Source of the DNA: Beijerinckiaceae bacterium
Lineage (GTDB): Bacteria; Pseudomonadota; Alphaproteobacteria; Rhizobiales; Beijerinckiaceae
Length of the DNA: 64,000 nt
Assembly: GCA_037446355.1 (NCBI GenBank)
Contig: JBBIIT010000003.1
Location: 22,751 to 86,750, forward strand
Direction of reading: 5' to 3'
The notes below the pieces were generated by a model, which searched no databases, had not been told where the DNA came from, and saw nothing but the letters and a program-made list of their open reading frames with translations. Positions 36,001 to 48,000 of this stretch are shown here, piece after piece. The first letter of the stretch is position 1; every line of letters begins with the position of its first letter. Made by a program: the position numbers and the translations under genes.

Positions 36001-39000
36001 GAGTGAAAACGCGACCGCGGTCGCCATCGGCGTCTCGTTCGCGCGCAATTCCATCACCGATCCAGTCACGGCCGACATCGCCAATATTCCCGCGTTGACG
36101 ACCGGCGGCGGCGACGTGACCGTGACGGCCAAAGAGAACGCGACCATCGACGCCATCACGGCGGCGGTCGCCATCGGCGCGAGCATCAGCGGCCAGAATG
36201 GAACCGCGGTCGCGGGCGGCGGTTCGCTCGCCGCGAACATGATCGACGCGACGACGCAGGCCAATATCACCGCTTCGACGCTTGGCGACGCGACGCACAA
36301 TGTTGGCAAGGTGACAGTCACCGCGGAAGACAGCTCACAAATCAACGCCACTCTTGCCGCCATCGCCGTCGCCGCCGGCATCGGCGGCCAGGACGGCACC
36401 GCCGTCGCGATCGGTCTCGGTCTCGCTTACAACGAAATCGGCGATGCGACCGGCTTCGGCGCGGGCGCGGTCTCCGCTTACATATCGGGAACGACGACTT
36501 CGGCTTCCGGCCTCGTCGACGTTGAGGCGAAGAACGACGGTCTCATCCACGCCACCACTGTGGCGGTCAGCGCCGCGCTTTCGGGCGGCGGCACGACGGG
36601 CGTTGGCGTCGCCGCCGGGGGCGTCGCGGTGTTCAACACGGTCTCGGTGCCGGTCAGCGCCTATGTCGATGGTGGCGGAACCCATTCGCTCGCCTCCGGC
36701 GGCGTAACGGTGGCCGCGTCCGACACGGCGGACATCAAATCGCTCTCGGTCGGCGCGGCGGTCGCGCTCAGCCTCGCCGGCACGACCGGCGTCGCCGCGG
36801 CGATCGGCTTGTCCATCGCCGGCAACATCATCACGGACCCCGTCACCGCGTATATCTCCGGCGAGACTTCGCTCACGGCCTCGAATAATGCGGTCAGCGT
36901 AACCGCTAAGGAAAACGCCGCCATAAACGCCAAGTCCTACGCCGCCGCGATCGCAGGCTCGTTCGGCGGCACGACGGGAGTTTCGATCGCCGGAGGCGGC
37001 GCGACGGCGGAAAACCTGATCGACGCCACGACGACGGCCTATATCAGCAGCTCAACGCTTACGTCCGTCGGCGCGGTCAGCGTCGCCGCGACCGACAATT
37101 CGACGATCGACGCGGAAGTCGCGGCGGCAGCGGTCAGCCTTTCGGTCGGCGGCACCACGGGCGTCGCGGTCGGCATCGGCGTCGCCTATGCGCACAATCG
37201 CATCAGCGACGGCAGCGAATCGGGCGCCGGCGCGGTCAAGGCGTACGTCAGCGGTTCCTCGATCACCGGATCGGGCCTCCTCGACATCGAGGCCAACGCG
37301 AGCGAAACCATCACGGCCATGACGGACGCGGCTGCGGTTACGCTGGCCGGCGGTGGAACGACCGGCGTCGCGGTTTCCGGTGCGGGCGTCGGCGACGTCA
37401 ACCAAAGCAATGTCGCGATTTCGGCCTATGTCGATGGCGGTTCGATTAGCACGGGCTCGGTCAAGGTCTACGCGTCCGACGCCTCGCAGATCCTCGCTTT
37501 CGCGGGCGCTGCGGCGTTGTCGGGCGCTGTCGGCGGGACGGGCGGCGTCGCCGTATCCGTCGGCGTTTCGGTCGCGCTGAATTCGATAATGGACCCCGTT
37601 ACCGCTTATCTGAGCGGCCTTTCCTCGTTGACGACGGCCGTCAGTGGCGACATCAACGTCAACGCGTTCGAGGACGCGAAGATTCAGGCGATGTCGGTCG
37701 CGGCCTCCGCAGCGATTTCCGGCGGTGGTACGGCCGGGGTGTCCGTCGCCGCGGCCGGCGCGACAGCGCTCAACTTCATCGGGGCGCAAACGAAGGCGTA
37801 CATTACCGGTCTTACGACTTCCAACATCGGCGGCGGCGTCATCGTCACCGCGAAAGATAATTCCGAGATCGACGCCATCGTCGGCGCCGTCGCGGTCGCG
37901 GCGGCGGTCGGCGGCACCGCCGGCGTCGGCGTCGCGCTCGGCGTCGCGGTCGCCTTCAACGACATCACCGACGGCAATCCGGGCGGCGTCGGTTTCGTCG
38001 ACGCGCATATCGACACTTCGAGCGTCACCTCCACTGGCGTCGTCGACGTCGAAGCCACCGGACAGGAGACCATCAATGCGCTCACCGCCGCCGGATCGGC
38101 GGCGATCGGCGGTGGCGGCGCGGCGGGCGTCGGCGTCGCGGGAGCGGGCGCGGCGGGCGTCAACGCGATCACGGTCAACATCAAGGGATACGTCGGCGGC
38201 GGCTCTATCAGTTCGGGCGGCGTGACGGTTCTCGCCGAGGACACCTCGATTATTCGCTCCGAGGTCGACGCGGCCTCGCTGGCGGCGGGCGTCGGCGGCG
38301 CGGCGGGCGTCGCCGTCGCGGTCGGGATTTCCGTCGCGCTCAACAACATCAACGACAGCGTCGTCGCCGACGTCGCCGGAGTGGGTTCCCTCTCTACCGG
38401 CGGCGGGGCCGTCTCGGTCAACGCGCAAAACAGCGCGCAGATCACGACTCAGGCGGCCAGCGCGTCGGTGTCCCTGAGCGTCGGCGGCGCCGCGGGCGTC
38501 TCGGTCGCCGGCGGCGGCGCCGTCGCCAACAACGTGATCGGCATCGACACCGAAGCTTACATTTCCGGCTCGACGCTAACCTCAGTCAGCGCCGTCACGG
38601 TCGGAGCGACCGAAGGCGGAAAGATCGAGGCGCTCATCGTCGCCGTATCGGCGGCTGTCGCGGGCGGCGGCGCCGCGGGCGTCGGCGTCGCGATCGGCAT
38701 TTCGTTCGCGCACAACAACATTTCGTCGGGCGGCCTCGTGGGCGGCGGCGCCGGCAAAGTCGAAGCCTATGTGACGGGATCGTCGATCACCGGAACCGGC
38801 GCGGTCTCTGTTAACGCAACTTCGTCGGAAGCCATCGACGCGCTCGTCGCCGCCGGCGCCGCGGCTTTGACCGCCGGCGGCGCGGCCGGTGTCGGCGTAT
38901 CGTTCGCGGGCGCGTTCGGGTTCAACGAAATCTCGATTTCCACCCGCGCCTGGGTCGACGGCGGCGGGACGCAGACGATCTCGACAACCGGGCTGAATGT

Positions 39001-42000
39001 TTCGGCGACGGACACCGTCCACATCACGGCCGATGTCGGCGCGGCGTCGCTGGCGCTGTCCTTCGGCGGCGCGGCGGGCGTATCGGTCACAATCGGACTT
39101 TCGATCGCGCGTAACACGATCGCCAACGACGAGCAGGCCTACATCACTGGCGTCAATTCGCTGGCGGTCGGGACGGGCGCGCTCAGCGCCGAGGCGACCG
39201 AGAACGCGAAAATCCATGCCGGCGTGTTCGCAGCGTCCGTCGCCGTTGGCGGCGCTTTCGTGGGCGTAGCGGTCGCCGGCGCGGCGACCACCGCCGAAAA
39301 TCTGATCAAGGCCGACGTCGAAGGCTACATCGCCAACAGCACCATCGTCAGCGCGGGCGACGTGACCGTGTTCGCGAAGGACACTTCGGAGATTCTTGCT
39401 TACACCGACGCCGCCTCGGCGGCGTTCGGCGCCGGGTTCGTCGGCGTCGGCGCCGCGGTTGGCATTTCGCTCGCCCATAACGCCATCGGCGACGGCACGA
39501 CTGCCGAAACTTCGCCGGGCGTCGTCACCGCCTATATCAGCAATACCGGTGTAAGCGCTTCGGGCGCCCTTTCGGTGGAAGCCGACGCGAACGAACACAT
39601 CGAGGCGCAGATCGGCTCCGTCGCCGCCGCCGCTTCGGGCGGCTTCGTCGGCGTGTCCGCAGCCGGCGCCGCCGGTTCCGCGCTGAACGATATCAAGGTC
39701 GACACGTCGAGCTACATCAGCGGCGACTCGGCGGGCGGAACGGCGCCGAAGGGCGTTTCGGCCGCGAGCGTCAGCGTCACTGGAAACGACACATCGTCGA
39801 TTCTTGCTGACGTCGAGGCCGCCGCCATCACCGCCGCCGTCGGCGCGGTCGGCGTCGCGATTTCCGTCGCGGTTTCGCAAGGCACGAACCAGATCAACAA
39901 CGACCTGGAATCTTACATTCTCAACGCGGGCGTCACAGCGACGGGATCTTCGATCGCCGTTTCCTCGACCGACAATTCGACCATCACGGCTAACGCGGCG
40001 GCGGCGGCGGTCGCCTTCAGCGGCGGAGTGGTGGGCGTTTCCGCCTCGGGCGGCGGCGCCGAAGCGACCAACGTCATTCTCACCAAGTCGAATGCGTATT
40101 TCTCCGGCAGTTCGCTCACCGCAGCGCAGGACGTCACTGCCACCGCCAATTCGGCGCCCACCATAAACGCCAATGTCATCGCGGCCTCGGCGGCGGCGGT
40201 CGCGGCTTTTGCCGGCGGTTCGATTTCGCTCGGAGCCTCGGCGGCCTTCAATTACATCGGCTACACGCTCGGCGGTACGATTCAGCCGAATCAGGTTGAG
40301 GCCACCTCGACCGGATCGAGCGTCAAAGCCGGCGGCGCGTTCAACGAAACAGCGACCGACAATGCGACGATTGGCGCGAACGTCGCCGCGATTTCCGCAG
40401 CGGTCACGGCGGCGATCGGCGGCAGTCTCTCGGGCGCCGGCGCCGGCGTCAGCAACGATATTGCGGTTGACACCTACGCCACGGTTGACGGCAGCGGCGC
40501 CAACGGCATCCACGCGGCTTCGATTGATCTCAGCGCATCCGACACATCAACCATCACCGCGCTGGTGGCTTCCGCTTCGGTCGCCGCCACTCTGGTCGGC
40601 GATTCGTTCTCGATCGCGCAGTCGGTCGCCAGCAACACGATCTCGAACCAAACTGAAGCCTGGATCAACAATGCGCCCGACGTGCTTTCGACAGGGGCGA
40701 CCCAGATCGATGCGACCGAAAGCGCGAACATCACGTCCACCGCCTACGCGGCGGCGCTGGCCATCGCCGGCGGCGGGCTTTCGGTCAGCGGCGGCGCCGC
40801 GGTGGCGCTGAACACCATCGGCACGACGACGGAAGCCTTCGTTCAATCGAGCACGGTCAATTCCGGCAGCCTCGATGTCGAAGCGCTGGATACGTCCATC
40901 GCGAGCGCGACGACGGGTCAGATTTCGGTGGCGGGGGGCATCATCTCCATCGCCGGCGGCGGATCGGCGGCAACCGACACCGTCACCAACGGCGTTTCCG
41001 CTTATGTCGACAGTTCGGCCGTGACCGCGAGCGGCGCGGTCACCGTGCAGGCGACTGCGCGGCCCGAAGCCTACGCGGAGGCCGATGGCATCACCGGCGG
41101 CACGCTCGGCATCGGCGCCTCGGTGGCGCTGGCGACGGTCTCGCCGACCGTCAAAGCGACCCTCGGCGGCAACATCAACGCCGGCTCGGTATCGGTCATC
41201 GCCAACGCCAGCCTGCCGACGGACGGCAAGCAGTCGGCCTATGCGAAGGCGACCGGTTCGGTCGGCGGAACGCTTGCCGGCATCGTGGCCAGCGACGGCG
41301 AGGCCTACAACAACGCCAATGTGACGGCGAGCATCGGGCAATTTCTCAGCCCGGCCAACGCGGCGGGAACCGTGCTCGCCGTGTCCGGCGCTCTGCTCGT
41401 GGTCGCCAATAGCAATACGCAACAGTACGCCCTGGGTTCCAACCAAGCGTTCGGCCTGATCGCGGTGGGCATCGCGAAGTCGAAGGCCCAAGCGAACAAC
41501 ACGACGCTCGCCACCATTGGCGCGGGCGCTCAGATCACTGCGGCTACGGCCGCCGTCAATGCCGGCGGCAACGATGACAATCAGGCCCGAGCCGAAGCCG
41601 GCAGCGGCGGAGTCGTCGGCGTCGCGGCGGTCACGCCGACGACCGTGGACAACGCCACGACGACGGCGACAGTCGGACAAGGGGCGATCGTCGCGACGAC
41701 CGGCGGCAATTCCGGGTCAGCGTTCGAGATCTCGGCCAACCATGTCGCGACCGTCAACGCGACAGTCAGCGCCAGTTCCTATGGCGTTCTGTCGGGGGCG
41801 GGCGCCGTTGCCGAGAACGATATCAATTCGACCGTCACCGATTCCATCGACGGCATCATTTCCGGACTGGCGATCACCGGAACGGCGAACAACACATTCA
41901 ACAAGCCCATGCTCGGCGGGGTCGGCGACAACGTGACCGGCGACACCGGCGGCCTAGCGAGCGCCGCCGGCGGTTCGGATACAACCAACATCGCTTTCAC

Positions 42001-45000
42001 CACCCTGATCGACGTAGGCTCGCAAGCGGTTCTGACCGTGAATGGAAGCCAGGCGAACGCCGGCGCGCTGTCCCTCAAAGCCTACAACAGCTTCCAGGGC
42101 TATGATCAAATGACGTTCAAGACCGGCGGCGCCATTTCCGGCGCGGCCGCGACGTCGACGATTCAAACCACGACCGACATCGCCAAGGTCTATATCGAGA
42201 ATGGCGCGGCTTTGACCTCGGTCGGCCAGATTAATCTCGCCGCGCAAGGCGGCGGCAATGTCACGACCCAGGTCTATACCGACACCTACGGCGCGGTCAC
42301 GGCCGCGATCGCCAACAGCAACGTATATCTGACGCCGGACAACAGCATCGTTATCGGCTCCGCCAACGCCCCTGTCGGGACGACGCTCACCGCCGCGCGC
42401 GATATAAATATCACCGCTGGCGAAGATCCCAATTTCGCGGAGGACTTTTACACGGTCAACGCGTACACCGACGCTTACGCGGGAGCCCTGATCCCTCTTA
42501 GCTCGGTCGACGCGCACGCTTATGTCACTCAGACGAACGCGATCACCATCAACTCCCGTTCGACATTGTACAGCGGCGGCAGCGTCAGCCTGCTGACAAA
42601 CTATCATGTTCCTTCGCACGCCTTCGCGCAGGCGAAGTCATCGAGCTGGGCGACCGACGTCGCGAACGCTATCAATTCGCTGACGGGCGGCGATCCGTCG
42701 AAGGAATTCAACGGTACGGGAAGTTCAACCGAATCAGGCACGGTCGAAGTCGACGGCGCCGTGCACACCGGCATTTCGCGCAACATCACCATCAATTTCA
42801 CCTATTCCAGTTCGGCGACTTCGGCGAACCCGGTCATCGTCTCCAGCAATCCGAATATCTCTTTCACCAGTCCGGTCGAGACGGAATCGTCCGGTCTGGT
42901 GACCTCCTATAATGCCATTCGCAATCAACTGGCGGACTATCAGGCGCAGCAGAGTCAGCTGGCGAAAGCCGGCACGAGCGATGCGACGATTAATCAGCAG
43001 ATCGCTTTCGATCAGCAAGAGCTGTCGTCGATCCAGACGCAATTGATCGCGCAGGGGCTCGGACAATTCGACTCCAACGGCAGCTTTGTCGTCACAGAAC
43101 GCATCGTGCAGGTGATCGATCTGGCGGCGTTTACCGCGCAGGCCGGGCAGATCTATTTGTTCGGCAATCAGGTGCAGGGGTCTGGTGTGCTCGACGCTCC
43201 AATCGGCGTCAATGTCAACATCACCGACAACACCCGCGCCTCGTTGCAGATCGAGGGCATCACGGTTCCGCAGAATATCGGCGGCATCTATCTCGATGGC
43301 GCGTTGCTAACAGCCGCGAGCGTGGCCGCCGACAACACTTTGATCAACAACCAGAATGCGACGAGCTCCGGCGCCGCTTTCAGTAGCATCACGCTCGCGA
43401 AGCCCCCGGCGCCGCCCTCTCCCAATCAGGCGCCGAGCGCCTATGTCAACATCACCGCCCTTGCCCAACCTCTTTCGGCGAGCGACATCGCCGCTGGCGT
43501 CGTTCAACCCAGCATCATCATCAACGGCAAGATCGACGCTTTGTTCGCGGCGCTGAGCGTCATTTCTCCCAACGACATCAACGTGACTTCGACGGGCGGC
43601 TACGACGCATATTCTGTGAATTTCCTGTCGAAGAACAACATCACGATCAACGAAGTGCAGTTCTTCGCTTCGGGCGACCCCGCGGCGCAACTTCTGGGCA
43701 CCCCGGCTGTGGGCGAAAACGCCATTGCCGGCGGCGCGACCTATGTCAGCCAATATCAGAACACACCGCAATCGACGCAATTCAATTCGCAGACGCTCGA
43801 GATTCAATCCGAATACATCGATCTCAACGGCAACATCACCGCCGGCCAGGCCAGTCAGACGTTGACCATCAACCCGAGCGACGTCGCCGCGCAAATTCAG
43901 ACGATCATCGCGGAGAAGGCCGGTTCTCCTCAGCTACTCACGCTGCCCGCGGCCGATAATCCGAACGGCGACTTCACGGTCTTCTTCGACCCGTCAAACA
44001 ATAGCCTGCTGGTTGAGCCGGTCTCGGCGGCGGGCGGCCTAATCATCGTCAAAGGCCACGTCGCCAGCACTTCGACCGCCACGCTATATTCGTTCGGCTA
44101 TTACGGAAACGTCACGATCAATAACAACACCGGGTACACGCTTGCCGTGAACTCGATTGACGTGTCGCAACACGGCGCGGGAATCGTCGACATCACCGAC
44201 CTCAATCAAGTTCAATCGGGCACGAACAACGTGCTCGAAATGAAGTACCTGTCGACGCAAGGCGGCGGCATGACGGTGTCCTCGAATTACGTCGATCCCG
44301 TCACCGGCGTGCCGGCCGGCGCCGGCAGCGTGTCGTCGAGCGCGTCGAACAGTACACAGTTCCAACCGGAGGTGGGGCTGCGGTATAATTTCGCGGTCGT
44401 TTACGGCACCGAGACGGTGACGAGTTCCACCTATTACGAGAGCGACTGGATCGGCGTCTTCAATCTCGGTAGCGGCACTCTGACCGCTCCGCCCGTGACG
44501 ACGGTCATCCAGCAGCCGCAAGTGCTGGCGTCGAGCCTGTACTTCTATGTCGATACGGCGAGCGTCAACAAGTCGTACATATTCACTTCGACGTCGCACA
44601 CGCTGACCGATTCGGGCCAGGTGGCCGGCGCCAACTGGTCCACCAGCACCTGGTATGGCAAGAAGACCTATTACCAGTCGTACACGGATACCGTTAAGAC
44701 GGAGACTATCGCCGACCATTCGATCAAGGCGGACTTGCCGATCAACATCGTGTTCACCGGCAGCGCCACGTCCGGCATAGCGATCAATTCACCGAACAGC
44801 AGCGTCATCCTTTACGGCAATCTCGCCAATCTTACGGGCGCCACGTCGATAAGCGCAGGGGGGTCGATCACCGCGCCGAGGCCAAATACGACCATTGAAG
44901 GCGTTCAAGTCTCCCTGTCAGCGGGCGGCGCCATTGGCGTAAATGGGCAACCGATAAATGTCATCTTCGCGGGAACGTCGGGCCAGAGCCTGACGGCTTC

Positions 45001-48000
45001 GACAACGAACGGCGCGATCTATATCGCGACGCCGTCGGGGTCGATGCCTATCAACTCGGTGTCCGCCGGCGGCGATCAGGCGGTCAGCCTGAATTCGCAC
45101 GGTGACATTCTGGTGGCGAGCGGCGGCGCCGGATCGGTCGCGGGCGGCAACGTGACGATCATCTCGGGCGGTGCCGTCGGCGCGCTCGGCGCTCCGATTA
45201 AGCTGATGGTCGGCCAGCAGGCGGCCGATCAACTGAACCTTAGCGCGCTCAACGACGTTTATGTCGAACAAACGTCGGGCAATCTCGCGCTGTTCGCTCT
45301 GACGTCGACCAACGGCAACGCGTATGTCACGGTCGACAATGGCAATCTCATCAACGTCAATACGAATGTGCAGGTCGATCCGCGTACGACTGCCGAATTG
45401 CTGGCCGGTTCGTGGACCGCCCTGCAACTGACGGCCGGCACCGGCGCCGCCGACAAGATCAACTCGACCCTCACCGAATACCAAGTCGCCCAGGACGCGC
45501 AGTATAAGACTTACTGGCAGGATCGGAACGCGCTGGTCGGCGGCCAAGTTCAGCTCTCGACCCAACAGATCAGCGATTACACTGCGGCCTATACGGCGCA
45601 GGGTCAGGCCAAGGGACTTTCGGGGGCCTCGCTGACGAGTTTCGTCGCCAATGCGATCGCCACGATCCAACTGTCGATGACGCAGCAATACTATAATCTG
45701 GCGACGATCTTTGGTCCGGGCGGTTCCTACAGCCCCGGCGTCAACAATGTCTACGACGCCAACACCAAGACGACCTATTCGTCGCCTGTGGCCTACGATC
45801 CGAACACTTACGACGAGAACTTCCAATATCTGCTCACGCAGAATGAAGTGAAGTCGTTGACCGGCAGCATAAAGGTCTGGACTCAATCCGAATTGCTGGC
45901 GGGGATCAGCGCCGGCCTCCTGCAGACCTCGCCGACGACGCTAACCGACAAGTCGGACCCGAACATCGCCGCGAAAAACATCGTCATTCGCGCCAATAAC
46001 GGGAATATCGGATCGCTCGTCAATCCAGTCACGAATTTCAACGCCTCCGCGGACGTGGTGGGCTTCGTCACGGGCACGTCCATCGACGGCACGCCCGTTC
46101 AACTCGCTTTCGCCGCGGCGCAGCTCTCCGACCTAAATTTCCTCGCCGCGACGCCGTTGGCGGAGAACGTCAATTTCGTCGGCAACACGATGACGCTGAC
46201 GAACGGCGCTACATGGGCGAGCCTTGGATTGAATATCCAGGACGGAAGCTCGATTTACATTGGCGGCAGCACGCTGAACGCGACGCGGAACGGTTCCTAT
46301 CTCACCGTCGCAGCCGGCGGCGTCAACGGTTCGACGATCACCTTCACGAACTCTGTCTTTACGCAGAACAGCCAGAATATTCTGGTCGCGCCTGTTGTGA
46401 CCAATATGCAGACGACCGATCAGAGCACCGCCGGCGCTCTCACTAACGCGACCGTGAATTTCGGCAATGACGGCAACAGCGGCACGATCACGCTGACCTC
46501 GGGAACATGGGGGCCGAGCTACACGAAGGGCGGCGGAATCTACATCCAGTCGGCGACTGATCAGAACGCCAACGGCGCCGGCGCTTTTGTGCCAACCGGG
46601 TCGAACCCCTATTACACGATTTCGGCGATCAGCGCGGACGACAAGACGCTCACCCTGAACTGGGGCCAGACCCTGGTTGCTGAGGGCGCCGTGAGCGTTG
46701 GTGTCGCGCCCGTGGCGATCAACGTCGTCAGCGGCGCCCTGAACGTGAAATACGTACTCGTGTCGCAAAGCCGCGATGTCGCGATCGCCCCGGACCCCTT
46801 GAGCGGCACGATCAACGCGTCCGCGCAAGGGTTCATTTACCTGGCCTCGCAGGCCAATCTCAACCTAGGAAATGTTGTATCGACGGGCGGCGGCGACGTG
46901 CGCGTGCGCACGCAAGGCTTCCTACAAAACGACGCATCGAGCGGCGTCAACGTTCAAGGCGCGAACCTCGTCCTGGAAGCGGGCGCGAGCTATATCGGCA
47001 CGAGCGCGACGCCGGTGACCATCCAGGTCGACACAAACGGCAGCCTGACGGCGCGCGCGCAAAACGACATATACATCGACGCGCCGAATGGCGACATTCC
47101 GGTTGGCGCCATCTTCGCCGATGGCGGCGTTTCGCTCGACGCCAGCGGCTCCATCTACGATGCGATCGCGTCGAACTTCGACAAGTTACAGGCGAGCTGG
47201 CTTGAGTTGCAGGCAGGCGGGTCTATCGGCAAAGGCGCTTTCGGGACTGGCGACTTCTCCCTCGCCCAGTCGATCGCACTCGGTGCGCTGCATGTGGACA
47301 TCGTCAGCTCGGCGCCCTTCGACGGCTCCAGCACGGCGGGCGCTTTGCGCGCATGGGCGCAGGGCTCGATCGACGTTATGCAGACCACGGGCGATCTCAA
47401 CGTGCTCGACGCTTATGCGGCGACCGGAGACGTCATGCTCGAGGCGCAAGGGAATATTTATGGCGGCAGCCTCGTCGATCCCACCAATTTGAATTCGGCC
47501 CCCTCGGGCAACGATCTCAACGCGTCTGTATTCGGCAACAATGTGTTCCTATACGCCGGCATTACCGCGAACGGCGTCAACGGCTTTGGCGCGATCGGCA
47601 GTGGACAGGCCGCTTTCAATATCGTCAGTTCATTCAGCGGCGGCGCCGACAGCGGCGCCGTGTCGGCGCTCTCGGGCGGCAATTACGTCTATCTCGATGA
47701 GGTTCTGACGACGCTCGCAACCACCAGCAATGGCGATCTGCGCCTGGAATCCGTGAGCGCGGGTTCGGCGGCGACCGCATTCGTCACTGACCCGGTCGGC
47801 AATATCCTCAACGCGCGCGGCGACAACGGCGCGATCGTCGTTTCCGGCAAGGCCGATCTCATCGCGTCGGGCAACGTCGGCGACGGCGCGCTGCGGACCA
47901 ACGGGTTCACCGGCCGAATCGTCAGCACGGCCGGGAATATCGAAGCGATCTCCGACACCGGGAACATCTATCTGTGGAACATCGGCGCGCTGATTGTCGG

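Noticed and set aside
36580-40050. Regularly spaced GGCGGC...GGCGTC motifs resembling a CRISPR array
   Set aside because: The repeats are degenerate, in-frame, about 190 nt apart and encode protein hairpins; there are no identical direct repeats and no cas genes.
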